From a bacterium (GTDB lineage: Bacteria > Patescibacteriota > Patescibacteriia > Patescibacteriales > GWE2-39-37): 28,392 bases of DNA. Numbering within the stretch: the stretch's first letter is position 1; every line of letters starts with the position of its first letter. The stretch covers positions 1 to 28,392 of the forward strand of contig JAJYMT010000069.1 of assembly GCA_021786695.1 (NCBI GenBank). Reading direction: 5' to 3'. Below are positions 1 through 8,830 of the stretch, one piece after another. The position numbers and the translations under genes are program-made. Below the pieces are notes generated by a model, which was not told where the DNA came from, did no database searches, and saw only the letters and a program-made list of their open reading frames with translations.

Positions 1-55
1 CGCCTTTGAAAGGCGGATATTCCAGGGTAAAAAGCAAAAATTTAGCCATAAGATG

Positions 56-1516
56 TTATTCCAACGCCTCTTCAGCCGGCTTGCGCCTGAAAGAATCGAT
101 GATCGATAAAATATCATTCCTGGTGAAAGCGCGGAAAAAATACAGCAGGGCGAAATAAACGATTCCGGCCAGGCCGACCACCAGGAAAACATTCATATAA
201 CTTTTCAGATAAAAGGCGATCAGGCCCATAATGAGCGCTGAGACGAGCACCTTCGCGGCCATTTTAACCACTTTTCGCGAGTCGTATCTGACAATTTTCG
301 GAACGATGACGATGCCGAGGATGAACATCAGTAGATTGGTCGCCGCTACCGTAATGCTCGCGCCCACCGCCGCCAGGCGCGGAATCAGGAGCAGATTCAT
401 GACGATGCTGACCACGACCGCCACGCCCATATTGAAGGTATTGGCCTTCTGCCGGTCGCAGGCGTTCAAAATCGCGCCGACGCCGAAATTCAGGAAGACG
501 AAAACCAGCGCCAGCATATTGATGCGGAGAGGCAGGACCGAATCCTCGTAACCGGATTTGAACAAGAGCGCCACTTTGTCGGCGACGGCGATGATGCCGA
601 TAGTGATCGGTAGCGAGATGATCAGCAGATAATTCATCGCCCGCTCGAAAGTAATTGCCAGCTGGCGGCGGTTATTCGCCCAATAATTGGCAAAGGCGGG
701 ATAGAGCGAGGCCGAAAAAGCCATGGGCAGAAACTGCAAAGCAAAAATTATCTTGAACGCCACCTGGTAGATGCCGACCGCCCGGTCGCCGGCGAGCGAG
801 GATAGCAGGACCGAATCAAGATAGGTGTAGGTACGCTGGAAGATGCCGAAAATGGCGAACGGCAGAGCGATGGCCAGAATTTTTTTTAGCAGCTCGCGGT
901 CGAGCCGCGGGCGGATCTTCACCCGCCATTTTTTTTCCAGGATGACGCCGGAATAAAAAAAGTTGAAGGTGCTGGCGGCGACTAGGGCGGCCGCGAGCGG
1001 CCGGATGCCGTAGCCGAGCCGCAAGGTGATCAGACCGGCGCCGAGCACGATCAGCTGGAAGACCACCGAGGCGATGCTCTCGAAAGACAGGTTATGATAG
1101 CCGCGCGCGACGGAAAAAAACGTCAGGGTGAAGGAATCGAGGATCATGCAGGCGGAGGAAAGGTAGACCAACTGCCTAGTCAGTTCCGGATAGCCGAGCA
1201 GATTGATAATCAGAACCACGGCGCCGAGCGACAGCAAACTCAAGGGAATTTTTACGCCCAGCACATTGTTGACTAACTCCGGGGCGCGGCTTTGGTCCTT
1301 GGCGATTTCCCGGGTCAGAACATTAGAGAGTCCGATATCGACAAAGACGGCGAAGATGGTGGTGAAAGAGATGGCGAAATAATATTTGCCCAGATCTTCC
1401 GGCCCGAGCGCGCGGGCGATGATCACGAAATAGGTAAAAGAGATGACCTTCTGGATCACCAGGGCCAAAGTATAGTATGAGGTATTTTTAGCGATATTTA
1501 CGACTTTTTGAGGCAT
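56..1516 (-). CDS. Polysaccharide/oligosaccharide flippase (Wzx/MOP superfamily)
   Basis: 486-aa ORF with about 14 hydrophobic segments; N-terminal 'KNTSYYTLALVIQKVISF..IIARALGPEDLGKY' and 'DIGLSNVLTREIAKD' match Wzx-type flippases. Confidence 0.85.
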   Translation of the reverse strand: MPQKVVNIAKNTSYYTLALVIQKVISFTYFVIIARALGPEDLGKYYFAISFTTIFAVFVDIGLSNVLTREIAKDQSRAPELVNNVLGVKIPLSLLSLGAVVLIINLLGYPELTRQLVYLSSACMILDSFTLTFFSVARGYHNLSFESIASVVFQLIVLGAGLITLRLGYGIRPLAAALVAASTFNFFYSGVILEKKWRVKIRPRLDRELLKKILAIALPFAIFGIFQRTYTYLDSVLLSSLAGDRAVGIYQVAFKIIFALQFLPMAFSASLYPAFANYWANNRRQLAITFERAMNYLLIISLPITIGIIAVADKVALLFKSGYEDSVLPLRINMLALVFVFLNFGVGAILNACDRQKANTFNMGVAVVVSIVMNLLLIPRLAAVGASITVAATNLLMFILGIVIVPKIVRYDSRKVVKMAAKVLVSALIMGLIAFYLKSYMNVFLVVGLAGIVYFALLYFFRAFTRNDILSIIDSFRRKPAEEALE

Positions 1517-1571
1517 TTTTTTCGCTTTGGTATATTTTCATATTTTATCACAACCTAGCGATTATTCAAAT

Positions 1572-1601
1572 AAAAAGGATCCGACTGATTTCGCCGGATC
1601 C
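1572..1601 (-). terminator. Intrinsic terminator after the orphan membrane gene
   Basis: GGATCCG/CGGATCC stem followed on the minus strand by TTTTT. Confidence 0.7.
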
Positions 1602-1610
1602 AAAGATCGG

Positions 1611-1997
1611 TTATTCCGCTGGTGCGCCGTCCTCGATCTTGAGCGGTTTCCCGAAAAACTCCAACAGGCAGGCAAGCACCGCGGTGGAACAAATAGCTAT
1701 AACGAACATATACAACAACAACCTTAGGAAGCCGAAAAAACTGAGTTCGATGGGAAGAACGCGACTGATGGAAAAAACCAGCGGTAAAATGGAGATTGAG
1801 GCAAGATAGAGCATGCCGTACTCTCCGCCGAAGAGGCGCTTCCAGACCGCCTCGAGAAAGTTGAAAAACATCATTTTCATGCTCTTGACGATCCCGCTGT
1901 AGAATTCCCCTCTTCCGATGGTATCGGGAACCACGTTGCCGACGCGGCTTCGCGCGTACATCCTGACTCGCCAACTGCTCCTCTTCAGGGTTTTCAT
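1611..1997 (-). CDS. Hypothetical membrane protein (128 aa)
   Basis: ATG preceded by AAGGAGG (2004-2010); own promoter and terminator; two to three hydrophobic segments in the C-terminal half; no family recognised. Confidence 0.75.
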   Translation of the reverse strand: MKTLKRSSWRVRMYARSRVGNVVPDTIGRGEFYSGIVKSMKMMFFNFLEAVWKRLFGGEYGMLYLASISILPLVFSISRVLPIELSFFGFLRLLLYMFVIAICSTAVLACLLEFFGKPLKIEDGAPAE

Positions 1998-2045
1998 TTT
2001 TTCCCTCCTTCTTAGGTTGGTATGTACGGATATTTGATTGGTTTA

Positions 2046-2074
2046 TTTATAACAAAAAACAGCAACTTTGTCAA
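2046..2074 (-). promoter_or_regulatory. Sigma70-type promoter TTGACA-N17-TATAAA
   Basis: Read directly on the minus strand: -35 at 2069-2074, -10 at 2046-2051. Confidence 0.8.
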
Positions 2075-2078
2075 CAAC

Positions 2079-2111
2079 AAAGCCCTGCCTGAGTTTTCCC
2101 GGCAGGGCTTT
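2079..2111 (-). terminator. Terminator-like hairpin closing the ribosomal protein operon
   Basis: AAAGCCCTGCC (2079-2089) / GGCAGGGCTTT (2101-2111), a perfect 11-bp inverted repeat. Confidence 0.7.
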
Positions 2112-2148
2112 GTTGTATATTAATACATTCAATTTAACGTTTTGCCCA

Positions 2149-2405
2149 ACTGCGGGTCGCTCCGCCAGCTGGCGGAGCTCCTTAAAACCAGTCGGTTTTA
2201 ATGTTTCCCACACGGGAAAACCCAGGTTTTCCCGACCCCTTTCCTCCTCAGTGTGCTCGCTAACGCTTCGCCCACTGCGGGGCGCTCCGCCAGTTGGCGG
2301 AGCTTCTTAAAACCGGTCGGTTTTAATATTTCCCACACGGGAAAACCCAGGTTTTCCCGACCCCTTTCCTCCGCAGCGTGCTCGCTAACGCTTCGCCCAC
2401 TGCGG
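2149..2405. repeat. 125-bp-period tandem repeat containing three hairpins and the last 21 bp of rpsI
   Basis: 2149-2280 aligns with 2274-2405 with about 7 substitutions; CTAACGCTTCGCCCACTGCGG is exact at 2260-2280 and 2385-2405. Confidence 0.95.
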
Positions 2406-2834
2406 TGCTCTTCTGGCCTTTTTCAATCCCGGCTTCTTCCTCTCTTTGACGCGGGAATCGCGGGTCAGCAAGTCCTTGGTTTTAAGCGCCGGACGCAGAT
2501 CCTTTTCCATCTCTACCAAAGTGCGGGCGATGCCGTGGCGGATCGCTCCGGCCTGTCCTTTCTTGCCGCCGCCTCTGACCAGGATCGAGAAATCCAGATC
2601 TTTGGCGAGTCCCGAATATTTCAGCGGTTCTTTGGCGATTGAAACCAGGACCGGGGTCAAATATTGCTCGATGTTCATCTCGTTGACCGATACAATGCCC
2701 TTGCCCGTCTTATAAAGCCGGACTCTGGCAGTGGCGCTTTTGCGGCGCCCGACCGCCTCGATGTAGCGGCCCTTGAATTTTACCGGCTCGGCCTCCTCAA
2801 CTTTTTTTTCGATGTGTTTTTTCGTCTCGCTCAT
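2385..2834 (-). CDS. rpsI: 30S ribosomal protein S9
   Basis: 'GRRKSATARVRL', 'GGGKKGQAGAIRHGIAR', 'LLTRDSRVKERKKPGLKKARRAPQWAKR'. Confidence 0.99.
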   Translation of the reverse strand: MSETKKHIEKKVEEAEPVKFKGRYIEAVGRRKSATARVRLYKTGKGIVSVNEMNIEQYLTPVLVSIAKEPLKYSGLAKDLDFSILVRGGGKKGQAGAIRHGIARTLVEMEKDLRPALKTKDLLTRDSRVKERKKPGLKKARRAPQWAKR

Positions 2835-2847
2835 ATTCGATCGATCG

Positions 2848-3207
2848 TTATTTGATTATTAACCGCCTCATCATATCGGTGCGGAACTTAACCGGCGGCA
2901 ACATCTCGCGTACCGCCTTGCGCAAAACTTCGGCCGGATCCTTCTGGAAGACCTTTTTCATCAGGGTTTCTTTCAGCCCGCCTGGATGGCCGGAATGGCG
3001 GATATAGGTCTTCTGCTCGAACTTCTTGCCGGTGAATTTCAGCGCGGCGATGTTCGAAATTTGGACGATATCGCCCTGGTCCAGATGCGGCTCGAAAGAC
3101 GGCTTATGCTTGCCGCGCAACAGCGTCGCGATGCGCGTAGCCAAACGTCCCACGGTCTGATCCTTGGCGTCGATTTGATGGAGTTTTCTTTGGGATATTT
3201 TCGACAT
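2848..3207 (-). CDS. rplM: 50S ribosomal protein L13 (short C-terminus)
   Basis: 'IDAKDQTVGRLATRIATLLRGKHKP', 'HSGHPGGLK'; start moved to the ATG at 3207 so it does not overlap rplQ. Confidence 0.97.
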   Translation of the reverse strand: MSKISQRKLHQIDAKDQTVGRLATRIATLLRGKHKPSFEPHLDQGDIVQISNIAALKFTGKKFEQKTYIRHSGHPGGLKETLMKKVFQKDPAEVLRKAVREMLPPVKFRTDMMRRLIIK

Positions 3208-3211
3208 ATTT

Positions 3212-3562
3212 TTATACCAGTTCGATCTGCACCATCTTGGCGCCGTCACCCGGCCGCGCGCCCAGGCGGATGATGCGGCTATAACCGCCGGCACGGTCTT
3301 TGTAGCGCTCGGCCAGTACTTCCAGGGATTTCCTGACCGCCATCTTCTGCGGCAAAGTAGCGATCAAAGCGCGGCGGGCCGACAAATCGCCCTTTTTCGC
3401 GGTGGTGATGGATCGTTCGACCAGCGAGCGCACCGCCTTTGCCTTGGCTTCGGTGGTTTTGACCTTTTCATAGATCAGAATGCTGGACGCCAAATTACGG
3501 AGCATCAATTCGCGCGGCCCCTTGGCTCGGTCTAAAATTTTATTTTTATTGCGATGTCGCAT
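3212..3562 (-). CDS. rplQ: 50S ribosomal protein L17
   Basis: 'MRHR...LRNLASSILIYEKVKTTEAKAK', 'RYKDRAGGYSRIIRLGARPGDGAKM'. Confidence 0.99.
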   Translation of the reverse strand: MRHRNKNKILDRAKGPRELMLRNLASSILIYEKVKTTEAKAKAVRSLVERSITTAKKGDLSARRALIATLPQKMAVRKSLEVLAERYKDRAGGYSRIIRLGARPGDGAKMVQIELV

Positions 3563-3652
3563 AATAAATTCAAAGCGTAAATATCAAAATGTAAAATTTT
3601 GGAAATTATTTTCATCCCGCCTCGGCGGGATTCAATAATTTTGATTTTTAAT

Positions 3653-4459
3653 TTACTCCTTCTTCGGCCGGCCGCGCTTTTTCTTGGTCGAACCGTCTTC
3701 CGCTGCCTCCTCCGCGGTTGCTTCCGGCGCCGCCGCCTCTTCCGTTGCCTCGGCTTCCGACACCGCTTCCGGCTCCTTGCCGACCAGGGCGTTGAATTGT
3801 TCGATCAATATTTCGGCGGATTTTGTAAACGCGTCTTTGACCGAAATCGTACCGTCGGTGGTCACCGCCAGGATCAGTTTGTCCCAATTGGTCATTTTGC
3901 CGACGCGGACATTTTCCACGTTCACGGCAACGGAGGTGACCGGCGAAAAGGCGGAGTCGACTTCGATATAACCGATCTCATGTTTGGCCCGCTCGCGCGA
4001 TTCAATCGTCTCGTAGCCCCGGCCCCGCTGGATGAATAATTCCAGACCTAAGCTGCCGGCCATATCGGTGATATGCGCGATCGTCTGGTTCGGATTGACG
4101 ATTTCCACCTGGCTGTTTTTTGCAAAATCCTTGCCCTTCACTTCCTTCTCGCTGCGGGCGTCCAAAGTCAGAACCGCCGCTTCGTCCGAATGCAGTTTGA
4201 AGCGAAGCTGTTTGAGATTCAAGATAATCTCGAGCACGTCTTCTTTGATATGGGGCAAAGACATGAATTCATGGTCGGCTCCCTTGATTTTTACGCCAAC
4301 CACCGCGACTCCGGGCAAGCTTGACAGAAGCACCCTTCGGAGCGAATTGCCCAAAGTAATGCCGTAACCGGGAAAGCATGGTTCGATCACCACCAACTCC
4401 TGGTTGTCCGCCTCGCCTTTCTCAAATTTGATTTTCTGCGGCAGAGCGATTTTTTCCAT
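3653..4459 (-). CDS. rpoA: RNA polymerase alpha subunit lacking the canonical alpha-CTD
   Basis: 'IEPCFPGYGITLGNSLRRVLLSSLPG', 'HEF..LPHIKEDVLEIILNLK', 'VENVRVGKMTNWDKL'; ends at 268 aa in an acidic tail plus KKKRGRPKKE. Confidence 0.99.
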   Translation of the reverse strand: MEKIALPQKIKFEKGEADNQELVVIEPCFPGYGITLGNSLRRVLLSSLPGVAVVGVKIKGADHEFMSLPHIKEDVLEIILNLKQLRFKLHSDEAAVLTLDARSEKEVKGKDFAKNSQVEIVNPNQTIAHITDMAGSLGLELFIQRGRGYETIESRERAKHEIGYIEVDSAFSPVTSVAVNVENVRVGKMTNWDKLILAVTTDGTISVKDAFTKSAEILIEQFNALVGKEPEAVSEAEATEEAAAPEATAEEAAEDGSTKKKRGRPKKE

Positions 4460-4490
4460 AGTAATAAAATTAATTTATCGAAATGATTTA

Positions 4491-5120
4491 TTATCTGGAA
4501 TAGAACTCGACGATCATCTGCGCGTTGATGTTCGCCGCCAAATCCTTGGCGCCCGGGGCGTGCAAGACCTTGCCGGACAAATCGGCCGGAACGAGGTTGA
4601 GCCAGCTCGGCAAATTGACTTTTTTGAGCGCCTCGCCCAGATTGTTGAAAATTTTCTTGCGTTTAGAGCCGTCCTTGATCTTGATGACGTCGCCGGTCTT
4701 TACCTGGTAGGAAGGGATCGAAACCTTGCGGCCGTTGACGGCGATGTGGCCGTGGCTGACCAGCTGGCGCGCCGTATCGCGGGAGGAGGCCAAACCGAGC
4801 TTGTAAACGGTGTTATCCAGGCGGGTTTCAAGCAATGACAAAAAATTCTCGCCCAGATTGCCGATCATCTTCTGTGCGCGCAGGAAAGTCAGCCGGAATT
4901 GCTTCTCAAGCATCCGGTATTCCTTCATTGCTTTCTGTTTTTCCTGCAGCTGCAGGCCGTACTCGGTCTGCCTGGTCCTGCCCTTGCCGCCGTGGATGCC
5001 GGGCGGAAAATTTCTTTTGGTGATGGCGCATTTCACGCTGAAACAGCGTTCACCCTTGAGGAACAGTTTTTCGCCGACCCGGCGACATTGCTTGCATTTT
5101 GGATCCAGATTTCGTGCCAT
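4491..5120 (-). CDS. rpsD: 30S ribosomal protein S4 (zinc-binding C+ type)
   Basis: '[24 protein letters not shown]...KC', '[13 protein letters not shown]', '[14 protein letters not shown]'. Confidence 0.99.
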   Translation of the reverse strand: MARNLDPKCKQCRRVGEKLFLKGERCFSVKCAITKRNFPPGIHGGKGRTRQTEYGLQLQEKQKAMKEYRMLEKQFRLTFLRAQKMIGNLGENFLSLLETRLDNTVYKLGLASSRDTARQLVSHGHIAVNGRKVSIPSYQVKTGDVIKIKDGSKRKKIFNNLGEALKKVNLPSWLNLVPADLSGKVLHAPGAKDLAANINAQMIVEFYSR

Positions 5121-5161
5121 ACCGTAATTGAAAATTGGAAATTGATAATTGAAGATTGTTT

Positions 5162-5785
5162 TTACACTCTCCTCGGCTTCTTCGGCCGGCAGCCGCCGTG
5201 CGGGATCGGCGTCAGGTCTTTGATCGCCGTCACTACCAGGCCGTTGGCGTTCAGCGCCCGGATAGCCGATTCGCGGCCGGTGCCCACGCCGCGGACGAAC
5301 ACATTGACCTCGGATAAGCCGTATTCCTTCGCTTTCTCCACCGCGATGCGGGTGATGATCTGCGCGGCGTAAGGCGTCGATTTTTTCGGGCCCTTGAAGC
5401 CGGCGATGCCGGCGGAGGCCCAGGACAGCACATTACCCTCTTTATCGGTCAAAGTGATGATGGTGTTGTTGTAGGAGGCCTTGACGTAAGCGCGGCCGAC
5501 AGTCACCCGCCGATCCGCTTTTTTCTTCCGCTTCTTTTTTCTGGTGTCGGTCCGTTCGGCCTTCTTTTTTTCCAGATGCTTCTTGACGCTGTCAGGCAGT
5601 TCCTCCGGCTGGTTCAAGCTGGTCTTGATCACCTTGTCTTCGGTGGCGGAATCGCGCAAAGAAACGATTTGCTCGGCCGCCTCCGCTTTCTCGGTCTTTA
5701 TCTCTTTCTCCGCAGCAACCTCAGCCGGCTCGGCCGCCTGCGGTTCGTCTGTGACCTTATCAATTGTAGTATCTTTTTTCGTCAT
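5162..5785 (-). CDS. rpsK: 30S ribosomal protein S11 with a long N-terminal extension
   Basis: '[36 protein letters not shown]', '[18 protein letters not shown]'. Confidence 0.98.
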   Translation of the reverse strand: MTKKDTTIDKVTDEPQAAEPAEVAAEKEIKTEKAEAAEQIVSLRDSATEDKVIKTSLNQPEELPDSVKKHLEKKKAERTDTRKKKRKKKADRRVTVGRAYVKASYNNTIITLTDKEGNVLSWASAGIAGFKGPKKSTPYAAQIITRIAVEKAKEYGLSEVNVFVRGVGTGRESAIRALNANGLVVTAIKDLTPIPHGGCRPKKPRRV

Positions 5786-5834
5786 TTTATAACTGTTCGA
5801 ATTTCCTAATTAACTAATTACCTGAGCGCCTAAC

Positions 5835-6227
5835 TTATGTTTTCTGCGCCGCCTTGGCGCGGCCCGAACCCATGGTCTTGCGGGTATTGCCGCGAACAGT
5901 GCGGTTGTTGGTCTTGGTGCGCTGGCCGCGGGCCGGCAGGCCCTTCTGGTGTCTTGAGCCGCGGTACGACCCGATATCTTTGAGCCGCTTGATATTAGCC
6001 ATCACCTCGCGCTTCAGGTCGCCCTCGACCTTGTTCTGCTTTTCGATGATGACGCGGATCTTGTTCACTTCCTCGTCCTTCAGGTCTTTGACCCGGGTAT
6101 CGGGGCTGACTTTCGCCTCGCCCAAAATCTGGCTCGACTTGGTGCGGCCGATACCGTAAATATAAGTCAAAGCGATCTCGACTCTTTTTTCATTCGGAAT
6201 TGTGACTCCGGCGATTCTTACTGCCAT
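5835..6227 (-). CDS. rpsM: 30S ribosomal protein S13
   Basis: '[24 protein letters not shown]', '[25 protein letters not shown]'. Confidence 0.99.
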   Translation of the reverse strand: MAVRIAGVTIPNEKRVEIALTYIYGIGRTKSSQILGEAKVSPDTRVKDLKDEEVNKIRVIIEKQNKVEGDLKREVMANIKRLKDIGSYRGSRHQKGLPARGQRTKTNNRTVRGNTRKTMGSGRAKAAQKT

Positions 6228-6235
6228 ACCTTTAT

Positions 6236-6352
6236 TAAATTCGAAATTCGAAACAATTATTTAAATTCTAAATTCGAATTTCTAAACGGTTTTGAATTTT
6301 TATAATTTGGATTTTGAATTTGTTTCGGATTTAGTGCTTCGTGCTTCGGACT
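6236..6352. repeat. Degenerate heptamer-repeat array with two inverted arms
   Basis: AAATTCG-AAATTCG-AAACAAT on the left; TTGTTTCGGATTT-AGTG-CTTCGTG-CTTCGGA on the right; the arms are near reverse complements. Confidence 0.75.
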
Positions 6353-6357
6353 TTGCT

Positions 6358-6471
6358 CTATCCTTGTCTCTGCTTATGCTTCGGGTTCTTGCACAGCACG
6401 CAAACCCGTCCTTTGCGGCGGATAATTTTACAATCCTTACAGATTTTTTTAACAGACGCTCTTACTTTCAT
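6358..6471 (-). CDS. rpmJ: 50S ribosomal protein L36 (absent from the supplied ORF track)
   Basis: Manual translation: [37 protein letters not shown]. Confidence 0.99.
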   Translation of the reverse strand: MKVRASVKKICKDCKIIRRKGRVCVLCKNPKHKQRQG

Positions 6472-6475
6472 ATGA

Positions 6476-6730
6476 TTATAACCTGTAGGTTATTCTGCCT
6501 TTAGTCAGATCGTAGGGGCTGATTTCCAGCCGTACCCGGTCGCCCGGCGCCAGGCGGATCTTGTGCATCCTCATCTTGCCCGACAAATGGGCCAATACCT
6601 CGTTGCCGCTGGCGATCAGCACTTTGAAGGCGCCGGCCGGCAGAAGCTCCAAAACCTCTCCCTCCATTTCCAAAAAATTCTTGGAATCGGTGACCGGTTG
6701 ATTTACTTCCCGCTGTTTTCTTCTTCTCAT
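6476..6730 (-). CDS. infA: Translation initiation factor IF-1
   Basis: 'EGEVLELLP...F.V....[41 protein letters not shown]'; the start could be further downstream. Confidence 0.97.
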   Translation of the reverse strand: MRRRKQREVNQPVTDSKNFLEMEGEVLELLPAGAFKVLIASGNEVLAHLSGKMRMHKIRLAPGDRVRLEISPYDLTKGRITYRL

Positions 6731-6807
6731 TAGCAAAATAAAAAAGTTTTACCGGGTGAGCGGTAAACCAGTTTAAGCTAAATTAGTATTACTTAAAGGT
6801 ATGAATA

Positions 6808-6836
6808 ATTATATATTCTAACCGTGCTTCTGTCAA
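6808..6836 (-). promoter_or_regulatory. Consensus promoter TTGACA-N17-TATAAT for the infA-rpsI operon
   Basis: -35 at 6831-6836, -10 at 6808-6813, A-tract-rich upstream region. Confidence 0.9.
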
Positions 6837-6890
6837 GTAGAAAGACCTTTGATTTATTTTTGCTAATTTAAGCCAAATTTAGTAAAAACC

Positions 6891-8789
6891 TTATTCCAGC
6901 ACCGCCTTAATCCTGCGTACGCCGGCGGAAGAACTCTCTTCTTTCACTATCCTGAATCTGCCTAATTCGTTGGTATTTTCCACATGCGGGCCGCCGCAAA
7001 TTTCCTTGCTGAAAAGCCGTCCGTCTTTCTCGATGGTGTAAACCTTCACTTTTTCGCCGTATTTCGATTCGAACACGCCTTCTGCGCCAGCCTGTTTCGC
7101 CGCCTCCAAAGTCATCTCCTCGCAAAGAACCGCCGCTTCCGCCCCGATCGCCTCGTTGACTGATCGTTCGATCAGCGCCAGTTGGTCGGCAGTCATTTTT
7201 TCCGTATGGGAAAAATCGAAGCGCAGCCGCTCGGCCGTGATGTTACTTCCCTTCTGATGGACATGATCGCCGAGCACTTGCCGCAAGGCCGCGAGCATCA
7301 GGTGCGAGGCGGTGTGGAGTTTCTTGGTCGCCTCGCCCGCGTCGGCCAGGCCGCCTTTGAATTTACCGGCTGAGGCGGTGCGGGAAAGTTCCTGGTGTTT
7401 TTGAAGTTCCTCGCTGAATTCGTTTTTAATACGATCGAAATCAACACCAGTTTTAAACTCTATGCCCCTTGTTTTTAGTTCTTCAAGAGACATTTCCAGA
7501 GGAAAGCCATACGTTTGGTAAATATCAAATAACCATTTTCCTGTCGCGAGACCAAGGCCTTTGTATCCACCGATTGCTCCATCACTTTTAATTTCTCCCT
7601 GCAAAATTCTTAGTCCTTTTTCAAGCGTCAGCTTAAATCTATTTTCTTCCGTTTGTAATTCCTTAATGATTTTATCATTGCCTCTATCTAATTCCGTATA
7701 AATATGAGCATACATTTTTATTGTTATTGCGGCGATTTCCGTAGTCCAGTTTTCTTTTTTAATTCCCAACTGCTTGCCATAACGTACCGCGCGGCGGATC
7801 AGCCGGCGCACCACATAGCCCTGGTCGGTGTTCGATGGGCTGACGCCCCGATCGTCGCCGATGATGAAGGTGGCGGCCTTGAGGTGGTCCGCGACGATCC
7901 GCATGGCGCGGCTCGTCTCCTCCGACTCGCCATATGCTTTGCCGGACAATTCTTTCAACTTATCGAAAATCGGGCTGAACAGTTCGGTATCAAAAGCGTT
8001 CTGCTTGCCGGTGAGCACGGTCAGCGTCCGTTCAAGGCCCATGCCGGTATCGACATTCTGCCGCGGCATCTTCTCGAACTTGCCGTCCGCGGTCTTGTTG
8101 AACTCCATAAAAACATCGTTCCAGATCTCCATGATCCGGAAGCCGTCCACCTCTTCCTCGAAGGTGCCGGTGAGCGGTCCGCGCTCCGGCGCTACGTCAT
8201 AAAACATCTCGGTGCAGGGACCGCAGGGGCCGGTAGCTCCGGCCGGCCCCCACCAGTTGTCTTTAGCCGGCAGCGGGAAGATGCGGATATTCTCACTGCC
8301 GCTGATTTTTTCTCCTGGTCCTGAAACTTTTGCCTCGATGCCGGCGGCCTTGAAACATTTTTTCCATTCATCGATCGACTCCTGGTCGATCGGACTTGAA
8401 TCGTTGCCCATAAAAACCGTCGCGTAGAGGCGGCGCGGGTCGAGCGCCAGCCAGTCATGGCCGGTCAAGAATTCCCAGGACCAGGCGATCGCCTCCTTTT
8501 TGAAATAATCGCCCAGAGACCAGTTGCCGAGCATCTCGAAAAAAGTCAGATGGCGGTTGTCGCCCACCTCGTCGATGTCGCCGGTACGGATGCATTTCTG
8601 GCAATTGGCCAGCCGCGCGCCTTCGGGATGCGGTTCGCCCATGATATACGGCACCAGCGGATGCATGCCGGCAGTGGTGAAGAGCACCGTCGGATCGTTT
8701 TCCGGAATCAAAGAAGAACTGGGCAGTATGGCGTGCCCCTTTGATTTGAAAAAATCCAGATATTTTTGTCTAAGTTCACCGCCTGTCAT
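6891..8789 (-). CDS. alaS: Alanine--tRNA ligase, short form without the C-Ala domain
   Basis: 'LFTTAGMHPL', 'HLTFFEMLGN', 'VDTGMGLERT', editing motifs 'HTASH' and 'CGGPH'; start taken at MTGGELRQKY (8789). Confidence 0.98.
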   Translation of the reverse strand: MTGGELRQKYLDFFKSKGHAILPSSSLIPENDPTVLFTTAGMHPLVPYIMGEPHPEGARLANCQKCIRTGDIDEVGDNRHLTFFEMLGNWSLGDYFKKEAIAWSWEFLTGHDWLALDPRRLYATVFMGNDSSPIDQESIDEWKKCFKAAGIEAKVSGPGEKISGSENIRIFPLPAKDNWWGPAGATGPCGPCTEMFYDVAPERGPLTGTFEEEVDGFRIMEIWNDVFMEFNKTADGKFEKMPRQNVDTGMGLERTLTVLTGKQNAFDTELFSPIFDKLKELSGKAYGESEETSRAMRIVADHLKAATFIIGDDRGVSPSNTDQGYVVRRLIRRAVRYGKQLGIKKENWTTEIAAITIKMYAHIYTELDRGNDKIIKELQTEENRFKLTLEKGLRILQGEIKSDGAIGGYKGLGLATGKWLFDIYQTYGFPLEMSLEELKTRGIEFKTGVDFDRIKNEFSEELQKHQELSRTASAGKFKGGLADAGEATKKLHTASHLMLAALRQVLGDHVHQKGSNITAERLRFDFSHTEKMTADQLALIERSVNEAIGAEAAVLCEEMTLEAAKQAGAEGVFESKYGEKVKVYTIEKDGRLFSKEICGGPHVENTNELGRFRIVKEESSSAGVRRIKAVLE

Positions 8790-8830
8790 TGTAATTTGAA
8801 ATAGTTTGTGTGAATTCTCAAATTTTCGAT

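Noticed and set aside
2134-2405. CRISPR array
   Set aside because: The sequences between the 21-bp repeats are near-identical to each other rather than unique spacers, the repeat is the rpsI 3' end, and no cas genes are present
3208-3294. N-terminal extension of L13
   Set aside because: Overlaps the rplQ coding region; the conserved protein starts at 3207
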